A stretch of 52,704 nt of DNA, taken from the NCBI GenBank assembly GCA_043805375.1, contig JAZDIA010000099.1:1-52704 (forward strand). The letters run 5' to 3'. Within the stretch, counting starts at the first letter, position 1. The number at the start of each line of letters is the position of its first letter. This document shows, one piece after another, positions 8,084-17,152 of this stretch. Position numbers and translations under genes: made by a program. The notes under the pieces are model-generated. The model saw only the letters and a program-made list of their open reading frames with translations, had not been told where the DNA came from and did no database searches. The stretch is from Pseudomonadota bacterium. GTDB taxonomy: Bacteria > Pseudomonadota > Gammaproteobacteria > Burkholderiales > SG8-39.

Positions 8084-9745
8084 TTAACGCAGACTCAGCA
8101 TTTCCGCTGCATGTTTGCGCGTGGTGGCGGTAATCTCGGTACCGCCGAGCATGCGCGCCAATTCCTCGACGCGCGCTTTCTGGTCGAGCACCGAGACCAT
8201 GGTCTTAAGGCCGCCCTCGGTGCCGGATTTGCTCACCGACCATTGCCGGTCGGCCTGGGCAGCCATCTGCGGCAGATGCGTCACGCACAGCACCTGGCGC
8301 TCGCGCCCCAGGATCTTGAGTTGGCGGCCGACGATCTCGGCCACGCCGCCGCCGATGCCGGCGTCGACCTCGTCGAAAATCAAAGTCGGCACTACCGCCG
8401 CCTTGCTGGTTATGACCTGGATGGCAAGACTGATGCGCGACAGTTCGCCGCCGGAAGCCACCCTGGCGAGCGCTCGCGGCTCCACCCCCGGATTGGCCGC
8501 GACCAGAAACTCGACCATCTCCACGCCGTGCACCCCGCCTTCAGGCGGATAGGGATTGAGCGCCACCTCGAACTTGCCTCCTGCCATTGCGAGTTGTTGC
8601 ATCGCCTGCGTGACCTCCTTGCCGAGCTTGGCGGCGGCCTTTTTCCTACCCGCGCCGAGCTTGGCCGCCAGGTCGAAGTAGCTTGCGCGCGCCTTTTGCT
8701 CTTCCCTCAACAGGGCCTCCGGATTGGAGGCAATCTCAAGCTCGGCCAGGCGCGTTTGCTGTTGCCGCAGGTGTTCCGGCAGTTCCTGCGGCGCGAGGCG
8801 GAACTTGCGCGCGCTGCCGTGGATCGCCTCCATGCGCGCCTCCACCGCTGCGAGCCGCTGCGGATCCAGTTCGACGCGATCGGCGTAATGGCGCAGCGCA
8901 TAGGCCGCCTCCTGCACCTGCGCTTCGCCCGAGCGGATCAGCTCGATCGCCTCGCTCAGGCGCGCATCATAGCCGAGCAAGGCCTCCAGCCGCGCGCGCC
9001 CCCCCGAAAGCAGCGGCAGGCAGGCCGCATCGGCCTCGGACAGGGTCTCGATCGCCGCGTGCACGCCCTCGATCAGTCCGACCGCATGCGCGAGACGGGT
9101 GTGCTCCGCCTGCACCGCGTCCCATTCTTCCGGCTGCAGTGCCAACTGCTCGAGTTCGCGCACCTGCCATTGCAACTGCTCGCGTTCGGCATCGCGCTGC
9201 GCCGCATGGGTCTCGTACTCGGCGCGCGCCTGCGCCAGCTTCTGCCATTGTCGATAAGCCGCCGCGACCTCGGCCGCCAGTGGCGCGAGACCGGCGTGTG
9301 CATCCAGCAGTACACGCTGAGCGTCGGGCTTGAGCAGGGACTGGTGCGCGTGCTGGCCATGGATATCGAGCAGCCATTCACCTGCTTCGCGCAACTGGCT
9401 CTGAGTGGCCGGCCGGCCGTTCACGAAAGCGCGCGAGCGCCCGTTCTTGTCGATTACCCGGCGCAGCAGGACCGAGCCGGGATCGCCCTCGAGCTCGGCC
9501 ACGCGCAACCAGCGGACGAGCTCGGGCAGCGGCTCGATATCGAACTCGGCGCTGATGTCCGCGCGCTCGCAGCCGGCGCGCACCACGCCGGCGTCGCCGC
9601 GCTCGCCCAAGGCCAGTGCCAGGGCATCGATAAGGATGGACTTGCCGGCGCCGGTCTCACCCGTGAGCACGGTAAAGCCCGGGTAAAACTCGAGTTCGAG
9701 CGAATCGACGATGACGAAGTCGCGGATGCTGAGTGTCCGCAGCAT
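8084..9745 (-). CDS. recN: DNA repair protein RecN
   Basis: MLRTLSIRDFVIVDSLELEF, Walker A GETGAGKS, long coiled coil, C-terminal SGGELSR...LIFDEVD. The ATG at 9745 is chosen; the ORF-track extension to 9943 overlaps nadK. Confidence 0.9.
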   Translation of the reverse strand: MLRTLSIRDFVIVDSLELEFYPGFTVLTGETGAGKSILIDALALALGERGDAGVVRAGCERADISAEFDIEPLPELVRWLRVAELEGDPGSVLLRRVIDKNGRSRAFVNGRPATQSQLREAGEWLLDIHGQHAHQSLLKPDAQRVLLDAHAGLAPLAAEVAAAYRQWQKLAQARAEYETHAAQRDAEREQLQWQVRELEQLALQPEEWDAVQAEHTRLAHAVGLIEGVHAAIETLSEADAACLPLLSGGRARLEALLGYDARLSEAIELIRSGEAQVQEAAYALRHYADRVELDPQRLAAVEARMEAIHGSARKFRLAPQELPEHLRQQQTRLAELEIASNPEALLREEQKARASYFDLAAKLGAGRKKAAAKLGKEVTQAMQQLAMAGGKFEVALNPYPPEGGVHGVEMVEFLVAANPGVEPRALARVASGGELSRISLAIQVITSKAAVVPTLIFDEVDAGIGGGVAEIVGRQLKILGRERQVLCVTHLPQMAAQADRQWSVSKSGTEGGLKTMVSVLDQKARVEELARMLGGTEITATTRKHAAEMLSLR

Positions 9746-9747
9746 GT

Positions 9748-10620
9748 TTACATTTCGCTCCAGTGCAGCTTCTCGCGCAGCATGGCGTAGTAGCTGTACC
9801 CGGGCGGATGGACAAAGCGGATCGAATGCGCCGCGCGGCGCACGATCACCTTGTCGTCGGCAACCAGCTCGGAATGCGGCTGGCTGTCGAAATACAGGCG
9901 CGCGCCGACGGCGCGCTGTTTGATGGTAATCTCGATCACACACTGGTCGCTTACGGTAATCGGGCGGTTGGACAGCGTGTGCGGACAGACCGGGACCAGG
10001 GCGATACCCGGCACATTGGGCTGCAGGATCGGTCCATTGGATGAAAGCGCATATGCGGTGGAGCCGGTAGGGGTGGCGACGATGATGCCGTCGGAGCGCA
10101 AGTCATAGACGAACTGGCCGTCGATGTGCACCAAAAACTCGATCATGCGGCCGGTTGCGCCCTTGTTGACGACGATATCATTGAGCGCCTGGGTACGGAA
10201 AATCACCTTCTCGCCGCGCAGCACACGGGCCTCGAGCATGGTGCGCTCTTCGATGGTGTACTGTCCGGAGAGCAGTTGATCGATGGTTTCCCGCATCGGC
10301 GAGAAAGCGATGTCGGTCATGAAGCCCAGGCGCCCCTGGTTGACACCGACCAGGGGCACCCCGTGGGCGGCCAGGTGACGCGCGGCCGAGAGCATGCTAC
10401 CGTCGCCACCCAGCACCACCGCGAGGTCGGCCTGGGCGCCGATGGCGGCGTAATCGCCAATGGAAAAGCCATTCCTGCCGATATTGGCTGCGGTTTCTTT
10501 TTCGATCAGCACGGCGCAGCCGCGTTGCTGCAACAGGGTCGCCAAACCGAGGAGCGACTCGGCGATTTCGGCGGTATTGTAGCGGCCGATCACGGCGACT
10601 GTTTTGAAAGCGGGTTGCAT
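9748..10620 (-). CDS. nadK: NAD kinase
   Basis: GGDGSML, NxGxLGFMT and PTGSTAYALSSNGPI motifs. The start at 10620 (MQPAFKTVAVIG) gives about 290 aa. Confidence 0.9.
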   Translation of the reverse strand: MQPAFKTVAVIGRYNTAEIAESLLGLATLLQQRGCAVLIEKETAANIGRNGFSIGDYAAIGAQADLAVVLGGDGSMLSAARHLAAHGVPLVGVNQGRLGFMTDIAFSPMRETIDQLLSGQYTIEERTMLEARVLRGEKVIFRTQALNDIVVNKGATGRMIEFLVHIDGQFVYDLRSDGIIVATPTGSTAYALSSNGPILQPNVPGIALVPVCPHTLSNRPITVSDQCVIEITIKQRAVGARLYFDSQPHSELVADDKVIVRRAAHSIRFVHPPGYSYYAMLREKLHWSEM

Positions 10621-10623
10621 CAC

Positions 10624-10652
10624 GTTGAAATTAAACCACATCGCCCCCATCT
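10624..10652 (+). promoter_or_regulatory. sigma32 (RpoH)-type heat-shock promoter upstream of hrcA
   Basis: GTTGAAA (10624-10630), 14 nt, CCCCATCT (10645-10652), versus the consensus CTTGAAA-N13-15-CCCCATNT. Confidence 0.65.
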
Positions 10653-10693
10653 CGTGTTGATGGAGACGCGGAAATTTTGGGTAGAATGCGAGC

Positions 10694-11713
10694 ATGCTTG
10701 ACCGTCGCGCCAAGATCCTGCTCAAAACCCTGGTGGAACGCTACATCGCCGAAGGCCAGCCGGTGGGCTCGCGCGCGCTGTCGCGCTATTCCGGCCTGGA
10801 CCTGTCGCCCGCGACCATCCGCAACATCATGTCGGATCTGGAGGAACTGGGCTTCATCTCCAGTCCCCACACCTCTGCCGGGCGCATACCCACGCCGCGC
10901 GGTTATCGCATTTTCGTCGACACCCTGCTCACCATCAAACCGCTGGAGCGGGTTGAAATGAGCCAGATTGAAGGCAATTTGCATCCGGACAATCCGCAGC
11001 GCCTGATCAGTTCGGCCTCGCACTTGCTGTCGCAGCTATCCCATTTTGCCGGTGTCGTGGCCTCGCCACGGCGCAACAGTGCCGCCTTCCGCCACCTCGA
11101 ATTTCTCGCCCTTTCGGAAAAGCGCATCCTGCTCATCATCGTCACCCCGGACGGAAACGTGCAGAACCGGATTCTGTTCACTGAAAAAACCTATAAGCGG
11201 GCACAGCTCACGATGGCGGCGAATTTCCTCAACCAGAACTATGCCGGGCTTACCTTCGACGACATCCGGCCGCGCGTGCAGCAGGAATTGAAGCAATTGC
11301 ACCAGGATATGACCTCGCTTTTGACCGCCGCGCTGGAAGCGGGCGACCAGGCCTTGAACGAGAACACCGAGAATTACGTCATCTCGGGCGAAAAAAACCT
11401 GCTCGATTCGACCGACCTCGCCTCCAACATGGCGCGACTGCGGGAATTGTTCGAGCTGTTCGAGAAGAAAACCATGTTCGTGCAGATCCTCGACATGAGC
11501 ACGCGCGCGCAAGGCGTGCAGATTTTCATCGGCGGCGAATCCGGTGCCTCGTTGCTGGACGAGTGCAGCGTGGTCACCGCCCCCTACACCGTGGATGGCC
11601 AAGTGGTCGGCACCGTGGGCGTGATCGGCCCGACGCGAATGGCCTACGAACGCGTGATTCCCATTGTCGACATTACCGCGAAGCTGCTCTCGAGCGCGCT
11701 TTCCAACAACTAA
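10694..11713 (+). CDS. hrcA: Heat-inducible transcription repressor HrcA
   Basis: [29 protein letters not shown] winged-helix N-terminus; 339 aa. Confidence 0.9.
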   Translation: MLDRRAKILLKTLVERYIAEGQPVGSRALSRYSGLDLSPATIRNIMSDLEELGFISSPHTSAGRIPTPRGYRIFVDTLLTIKPLERVEMSQIEGNLHPDNPQRLISSASHLLSQLSHFAGVVASPRRNSAAFRHLEFLALSEKRILLIIVTPDGNVQNRILFTEKTYKRAQLTMAANFLNQNYAGLTFDDIRPRVQQELKQLHQDMTSLLTAALEAGDQALNENTENYVISGEKNLLDSTDLASNMARLRELFELFEKKTMFVQILDMSTRAQGVQIFIGGESGASLLDECSVVTAPYTVDGQVVGTVGVIGPTRMAYERVIPIVDITAKLLSSALSNN

Positions 11714-11734
11714 CCCTCTCTGCGCCAACTGCTC

Positions 11735-12826
11735 ATGTCTTTCCTGCCCGAACCGCCCTACGCGCACGGCACGCCGGCGCGCACTGCGATCTTGCTCGTC
11801 AACCAGGGCACGCCCGAAGCGCCGACGCGCGCGGCGGTGCGCCGCTATTTGAAGGAATTTCTCTCCGATCCGCGCGTGGTCGAAATCCCCAGGCCGCTGT
11901 GGTGGCCGATCCTGAACGGCATCATCCTCAACCTGCGGCCGGCCAAATCGGCGGCAAAATACGCGTGGATTTGGGGCCAGGACGGCTCGCCGCTCAAGCT
12001 GCACACGGAGCGCCAGGCAAAGCTGCTGCGCGGCTATTTGGGTGCGCAGGGTCACTCCACGCTGCTGGTGGACTATGCCATGCGCTACGGCAATCCTTCG
12101 ATCCAATCGGTACTCGCGCGCTTGAAGGAGCAGCGCTGCGAGCGCATTCTCATCCTGCCGCTTTACCCGCAATACGCTGCCAGCACCACGGCAACCGCGC
12201 TCGATGCAGTGTCCGCTTTTTTCCGGCGGACGCGCAATATTCCAGAGCTGCGCATGGTCAAGCACTTTCACGACCACCCCGCCTACATAGCGGCGCTGGC
12301 CGAGGGTGTACGCAAGCATTGGGCGCAACATGGCAAGCCGGACAAGCTGCTGATGAGTTTTCACGGCCTGCCGCGCTACACCTTGGAGCGCGGCGATCCT
12401 TACCACTGCGAATGCCGGAAGACTGCGCGCCTCCTGGCCGAAGCGCTGGCGCTGGCGCCGGAACAATACCAGCTTAGCTTCCAGTCGCGCTTCGGCCGTG
12501 CCGAGTGGCTCCAGCCCTATACCGCAGCGACGCTGGCGCGTTGGGGCAATGAGGGCGTGCGCCGGGTCGATGTGGTCTGCCCGGGCTTCGTCGCCGACTG
12601 CCTGGAGACGCTGGAAGAAATCGGCATGGAGGGCAAGGCCGAGTTCCTCCAGGCAGGCGGCAGGGAATTCCACGCCATCCCCTGCCTCAATGAAAACGAC
12701 GCCTGGATCCAGGCGCTGGCGCAAATCGCATTGGAGCAGGTGCAGGGCTGGGGCGGTACCGACGCTGGTCCCGAAGACCTGGATGAATCGCGCCGGCGCG
12801 CGCTTGCCCTGGGCGCGCGGCTCTAG
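11735..12826 (+). CDS. hemH: Ferrochelatase
   Basis: [19 protein letters not shown] and SFHGLP motifs; 363 aa. Confidence 0.9.
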   Translation: MSFLPEPPYAHGTPARTAILLVNQGTPEAPTRAAVRRYLKEFLSDPRVVEIPRPLWWPILNGIILNLRPAKSAAKYAWIWGQDGSPLKLHTERQAKLLRGYLGAQGHSTLLVDYAMRYGNPSIQSVLARLKEQRCERILILPLYPQYAASTTATALDAVSAFFRRTRNIPELRMVKHFHDHPAYIAALAEGVRKHWAQHGKPDKLLMSFHGLPRYTLERGDPYHCECRKTARLLAEALALAPEQYQLSFQSRFGRAEWLQPYTAATLARWGNEGVRRVDVVCPGFVADCLETLEEIGMEGKAEFLQAGGREFHAIPCLNENDAWIQALAQIALEQVQGWGGTDAGPEDLDESRRRALALGARL

Positions 12827-12904
12827 GCAGATTCGAGCTTTGCGGCTCGTGGTGACTGAGTGCGTCCCGCGCATGAGCGCGCCAACTCAGCGCCCGGATT
12901 CCCC

Positions 12905-12932
12905 CTTGAAATGCCTCGACTTGTCCCCATCT
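12905..12932 (+). promoter_or_regulatory. sigma32-type heat-shock promoter upstream of grpE
   Basis: CCCCCTTGAAA (CTTGAAA at 12905-12911), 13 nt, CCCCATCT (12925-12932). Confidence 0.75.
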
Positions 12933-12966
12933 GTCCAAAGGTCATTAGAAAAGGCAGAGATTAGCG

Positions 12967-13536
12967 ATGGCGGATCAAGAACCTAACGACTCCGAGGCTG
13001 CGCAGGCCGCGCTCGGCGAAGACGCGGCTACCGCTGAAGGCGAGACCGGTGCCGGGCCGAAACTTGAAGCTGCGCCCAGTGTGGAGGAGAAACTGCGCCG
13101 GGCCGAGCAAAAAGCCCAGGAGCATCTTGACTCCTGGCTACGCGCCAAAGCCGAGACCGAAAATCTGCGCAAGCGCGCCCAGGCCGATATCGCCAGCGCG
13201 CACAAGTATGCCGTGGAAAACCTGGCCGAAGCGCTGTTGCCGGTCCGTGACAGCCTGGAGGCCGCGCTGGCGATCGAAAATGCCACACCGGAGAACCTGA
13301 AAAGCGGAGTAGAACTGACTTTGAGGCAGCTCGATGCCGTGTTCGAAAAAGCGAACCTCAGGGAAATCAATCCGGTCAACGAAAAATTCGACCCGCACAG
13401 GCATCAGGCGATGACCGTGGTGTCCCGCCCGGGCGAGCCCAACCAGGTGGTGAACGTGATGCAGAAAGGCTACCTGCTGCACGAACGCCTCATCCGCCCG
13501 GCACTGGTGACGGTTTCAAAGGCAATAGACGCTTGA
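12967..13536 (+). CDS. grpE: Nucleotide exchange factor GrpE
   Basis: Acidic N-terminus, coiled coil, FDPHRHQAM and GYLLHERLIRPALV motifs. Confidence 0.9.
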   Translation: MADQEPNDSEAAQAALGEDAATAEGETGAGPKLEAAPSVEEKLRRAEQKAQEHLDSWLRAKAETENLRKRAQADIASAHKYAVENLAEALLPVRDSLEAALAIENATPENLKSGVELTLRQLDAVFEKANLREINPVNEKFDPHRHQAMTVVSRPGEPNQVVNVMQKGYLLHERLIRPALVTVSKAIDA

Positions 13537-13559
13537 AGACCAGGGAATCAACCCCACAT
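13532..13559 (+). promoter_or_regulatory. sigma32-type promoter upstream of dnaK, overlapping the grpE stop codon
   Basis: CTTGAAG (13532-13538), 13 nt, CCCCACAT (13552-13559). Confidence 0.55.
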
Positions 13560-13596
13560 TCCTGTCAAGCTCCTTTCACTCATCGAGGAACACAAA

Positions 13597-15537
13597 ATGG
13601 CTAAGATCATCGGCATCGACCTGGGAACAACCAACTCCTGCGTCGCCATCATAGAAGGCGGCCAGACCAAGGTCATCGAGAATTCAGAGGGCGCGCGCAC
13701 CACGCCGTCGATCGTCGCCTACCAGGACGACGGCGAGATTTTGTGTGGCGCATCGGCCAAGCGCCAGGCGGTGACCAACGCCAAGAACACCCTGTACGCG
13801 GTCAAGCGCCTGATCGGCCGCCGCTTCGCGGAAAAAGAGGTGCAGAAGGATCTCGACCTGATGCCGTACAAGATAGTCAAACATGACAATGACGACGCCT
13901 GGGTCGAAGTACGGGGCAAGAAAATCGCCCCGCAGGAAATATCGGCCCAGGTGCTGCTGAAAATGAAAAAAACCGCCGAGGACTACCTCGGCGAACCGGT
14001 GACCGAGGCGGTGATTACGGTCCCGGCGTACTTCAACGACAGCCAGCGCCAGGCGACCAAGGATGCCGGTCGCATCGCCGGTCTCGAGGTAAAACGCATC
14101 ATCAACGAACCGACCGCCGCGGCGCTTGCCTTCGGCGTGGACAAGCAGGGCGGCGACCGCAAGATAGCGGTCTATGACCTGGGCGGCGGCACCTTCGACA
14201 TCTCGATCATCGAGATTGCCGATGTCGAAGGCGAGAAACAGTTCGAAGTGCTCTCCACCAACGGCGACACTTTCCTCGGCGGCGAGGACTTCGACCAACG
14301 CATCATGGATTACCTGTGCGACGAGTTCAAGCGCGACCAGGGCATAGATCTGAGGAAAGACGTGCTCGCGCTGCAGCGCCTGAAGGAAGCGTCGGAGAAA
14401 GCCAAGATCGAACTCTCGTCCTCGCAGCAGACCGAGATCAACCTGGCCTATATCACCGCCGACGCGAGCGGACCCAAGCACCTGTCGATCAAGCTCACCC
14501 GGGCCAAGCTGGAGAGCCTGGTCGATGAACTGATCGAAAAGACCGTGTCGCCGTGCCTGACCGCAATCAAGGATTCCGGCATCAAGGTATCCGACATCAG
14601 CGACGTGATCCTCGTGGGCGGCATGACGCGCATGCCGAAAGTGCAGGACAAGGTGAAGGAGATTTTCGGCAAGGAACCGCGCAAGGACGTGAACCCGGAC
14701 GAGGCGGTGGCGGCGGGTGCGGCGATCCAGGCTTCGGTGCTCTCGGGCGACAGAAAAGACGTGCTGCTGCTCGACGTCACGCCGCTGTCGCTAGGCATCG
14801 AGACGCTTGGCGGCGTGATGACCAAACTCATCCAGAAGAACACCACCATTCCGACCAAGGCGCAGCAGGTTTTCTCCACTGCCGACGACAACCAGACTGC
14901 GGTGACCATACATGTGCTGCAGGGAGAGCGCGACATCGCTTCCGGCAACAAGAGCCTGGGTCAGTTCAACCTCACCGACATCCCGCCGGCGCCGCGCGGG
15001 CTGCCGCAGATCGAAGTTGCTTTCGACATCGACGCCAACGGCATCCTGCATGTGTCGGCCAAGGACAAAGCCACCGGCAAGGAGAACAAAATCAAGATCC
15101 AGGCCTCGAGCGGTTTGAACGAGGCGGAAATCCAGAAGATGGTCAAAGACGCCGAGGCCCACGCCGAAGAGGACAAGAAGGTGCTGGAACTGGTGAACGC
15201 GCGCAATCAGTGCGAGGCTCTGGTGCACTCGGTCAAGAAGTCGCTCACCGAATACGGTGACAAGCTGGAAGCGGGCGAGAAAGAAAAGATAGAGGCGGCC
15301 ATCAAGGCGGCCGAAGCCGCGCTCAAGTCCGAGGACAAGGCGGCGATCGACGCCAAATCGCACACCCTGGCGCAGGCAGCGCAGAAGCTGGGCGAGAAAA
15401 TGTACGCCGACGCCCAGGCCGCCGACGCCCACGCCGCCGGTGAGAAGGCGGCGCCGGGCGGCAATAGCGAGGCCAAGGCGGACGAAGGCGAAGTGGTCGA
15501 TGCCGAATACACCGAGGTCAAGGACGGCAAGAAATAA
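13597..15537 (+). CDS. dnaK: Molecular chaperone DnaK (Hsp70)
   Basis: [36 protein letters not shown]; 646 aa. Confidence 0.98.
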   Translation: MAKIIGIDLGTTNSCVAIIEGGQTKVIENSEGARTTPSIVAYQDDGEILCGASAKRQAVTNAKNTLYAVKRLIGRRFAEKEVQKDLDLMPYKIVKHDNDDAWVEVRGKKIAPQEISAQVLLKMKKTAEDYLGEPVTEAVITVPAYFNDSQRQATKDAGRIAGLEVKRIINEPTAAALAFGVDKQGGDRKIAVYDLGGGTFDISIIEIADVEGEKQFEVLSTNGDTFLGGEDFDQRIMDYLCDEFKRDQGIDLRKDVLALQRLKEASEKAKIELSSSQQTEINLAYITADASGPKHLSIKLTRAKLESLVDELIEKTVSPCLTAIKDSGIKVSDISDVILVGGMTRMPKVQDKVKEIFGKEPRKDVNPDEAVAAGAAIQASVLSGDRKDVLLLDVTPLSLGIETLGGVMTKLIQKNTTIPTKAQQVFSTADDNQTAVTIHVLQGERDIASGNKSLGQFNLTDIPPAPRGLPQIEVAFDIDANGILHVSAKDKATGKENKIKIQASSGLNEAEIQKMVKDAEAHAEEDKKVLELVNARNQCEALVHSVKKSLTEYGDKLEAGEKEKIEAAIKAAEAALKSEDKAAIDAKSHTLAQAAQKLGEKMYADAQAADAHAAGEKAAPGGNSEAKADEGEVVDAEYTEVKDGKK

Positions 15538-15559
15538 AGCGTGAGGGGCAAGGCGGTGA

Positions 15560-15590
15560 GGGGCGAGGAATGATAACCGCGCCCCTTTTG
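15560..15590 (+). terminator. Hairpin plus T-tract in the dnaK-dnaJ spacer (partial terminator or attenuator)
   Basis: GGGGCGAGG (15560-15568), loop AATGATAA, CCGCGCCCC (15577-15585) with one mismatch, then TTTTG. Confidence 0.5.
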
Positions 15591-15633
15591 TCGTTGCCTC
15601 CTCACTCCTAATCCCTCACTCCTCACGCAATTC

Positions 15634-16761
15634 ATGGCGAAGCGAGACTACTACGAAATCCTGGGCGTCAATCGCGACGCGGAAAACGACGCGATCAAGA
15701 AAGCTTACCGCAAGCTCGCGATGAAACACCATCCGGATCGCAATCCGGAGGACAAGAGCAAAGGCGCGGAGGAGAAGTTCAAGGAGGCAAAGGAAGCCTA
15801 CGAGATACTCTCCGACGCCGACAAGCGCGCCGCCTATGATCGCTACGGTCACGCGGGCGTCGATCCGTCAGCGGCGGCCGGCGCGCACGGCGCCGGGTTC
15901 TCCAACTTCGCCGACGCCTTCGGCGACATCTTCGGCGACATTTTCGGCCAGGCGCGCGGCGGCCGGTCGAATGTCTATCGCGGCGCCGATCTGCGCTACA
16001 ACCTCGAGATCTCGCTGGAGGCGGCGGCGCACGGGGCTGAAACCAAAATCCGCATTCCGACGATGGATGAATGCACGACCTGCAACGGCTCCGGGGCGAA
16101 GCCCGGTACACAACCGAAGATGTGCCCCACCTGCAATGGCCAGGGCCAGGTGCGCATGCAGCAGGGATTTTTCTCCATCCAGCAGGCCTGCCCCAAATGC
16201 CACGGCACCGGCAAGATCATATCTGACCCCTGCGCCAGCTGTCAGGGCGCCGGACGCATCAAGCAGCACAAGACGCTGTCGGTCAAAATCCCGGCGGGCG
16301 TGGACGAGGGCGACCGCATCCGCTTGAGCGGCGAGGGCGAGGCCGGCGTCAACGGCGGGCCGCCGGGCGACCTGTACGTGCAGCTGCACCTGAAACCGCA
16401 TGCGGTGTTCCAGCGCCAACACGACGACCTGCACTGCGAAATGCCGATCAGCTTCAGCATTGCCGCGCTCGGCGGCGAGATCGAAATTCCGACGCTCTCG
16501 GGCTCCGCCAGAATCAAGATTCCGGCCGAAACCCAGAGCGGCAAGATTTTTCGGCTGCGCGGCAAAGGCATCAAGGGCGTGCGCAGCCATGCCCACGGCG
16601 ACCTGCTATGCCATTTGGTCGTCGAAACCCCGATCAACCTTACCGAGCGGCAGAAAGAACTCCTGAGCGAGTTGGAAGCGATCAACAAGAAGGACGCCGA
16701 GCGCCACAACCCGCGGGCGAAATCCTGGATGGACAAGGTGAAAGAATTTTTTGCTGAATAG
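15634..16761 (+). CDS. dnaJ: Co-chaperone DnaJ
   Basis: J domain with HPDRN, G/F-rich linker, four CxxCxGxG zinc-finger repeats; 375 aa. Confidence 0.97.
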   Translation: MAKRDYYEILGVNRDAENDAIKKAYRKLAMKHHPDRNPEDKSKGAEEKFKEAKEAYEILSDADKRAAYDRYGHAGVDPSAAAGAHGAGFSNFADAFGDIFGDIFGQARGGRSNVYRGADLRYNLEISLEAAAHGAETKIRIPTMDECTTCNGSGAKPGTQPKMCPTCNGQGQVRMQQGFFSIQQACPKCHGTGKIISDPCASCQGAGRIKQHKTLSVKIPAGVDEGDRIRLSGEGEAGVNGGPPGDLYVQLHLKPHAVFQRQHDDLHCEMPISFSIAALGGEIEIPTLSGSARIKIPAETQSGKIFRLRGKGIKGVRSHAHGDLLCHLVVETPINLTERQKELLSELEAINKKDAERHNPRAKSWMDKVKEFFAE

Positions 16762-16807
16762 CAAAGAATTCGATATGCGCGGCGACTTAAATCGCGCCCC
16801 CGTTGTG

Positions 16808-17145
16808 GCAGAGTTGCGCTTGTTGCGCGGACGAGAAACCGTCCGCGCGGATCGCCGATCTTGTATAGAACCCCCGCACTGCCCTTGTTTTTATCCATAA
16901 CCGTGTTTTCTTTACGGATGTGCTTTTCATCCGTAAAGAAAACACGGTTGGCGCGCGCGAGCGCGCAATGTTCGCTAGCCGACATCGGCGGACGTCGGAG
17001 GATACATCGAGCAATGGCGCTGGAACTTGCGCGGACGGCGACCCGTCCGCGCGTTGTCTTTATTCTTATCCATAACCGTGTCCACGGTTGGCGCGCGCAG
17101 CGCGCAAGTCCGCCGATGGAACTAAGACGCCGTATATAACGCCGC
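16808..17145 (+). repeat. Composite multi-hairpin repeat, locus A: one full unit plus one collapsed unit in tandem, between the convergent dnaJ and cysS
   Basis: Shares modules and linkers with 26317-26551 and 40537-40740. 21-bp perfect stem at 16899-16919/16929-16949. The second unit has hairpins at 17029-17052 and 17074-17089. Confidence 0.85.
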
Positions 17146-17152
17146 GTAAAAC

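Noticed and set aside
8111-9790. 559-aa ORF on the + strand opposite recN, plus the nested ORFs 8683..9333 and 8967..9377
   Set aside because: Typical high-GC antisense ORFs with an Arg/Ala/Leu/Gly-dominated, motif-free translation. The opposite strand encodes an unmistakable RecN.
9884-9897. CTGTCGAAATACAG upstream of recN as a LexA/SOS box
   Set aside because: The spacing is CTG-N8-CAG, not the CTG-N10-CAG of the proteobacterial LexA box, and it lies well inside nadK coding sequence. No convincing SOS box was found by eye.
9746-9943. N-terminal extensions in the ORF track for recN (to 9943), nadK (to 10725), accD (to 27820), trpB (to 30350), trpF (to 31257), purF (to 23954) and leuD (to 37738)
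   Set aside because: The extensions overlap upstream genes and have junk-like composition. Canonical N-termini such as [53 protein letters not shown] and MEKFTLL occur at internal Met codons.
11036-12874. 612-aa ORF on the - strand opposite hrcA and hemH
   Set aside because: Antisense artefact. It spans two well-supported genes and their intergenic gap, and no domain is recognisable.
16787-17014. Small similar-looking ORFs inside the repeat loci: 16787..17014 (-), 26284..26508 (-), 26292..26486 (-) and 40492..40725 (-)
   Set aside because: Their mutual similarity comes from the nucleotide repeat. Differences between copies are compensatory stem changes that give non-conservative amino-acid changes. 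The ORFs also have different lengths, starts and frames.
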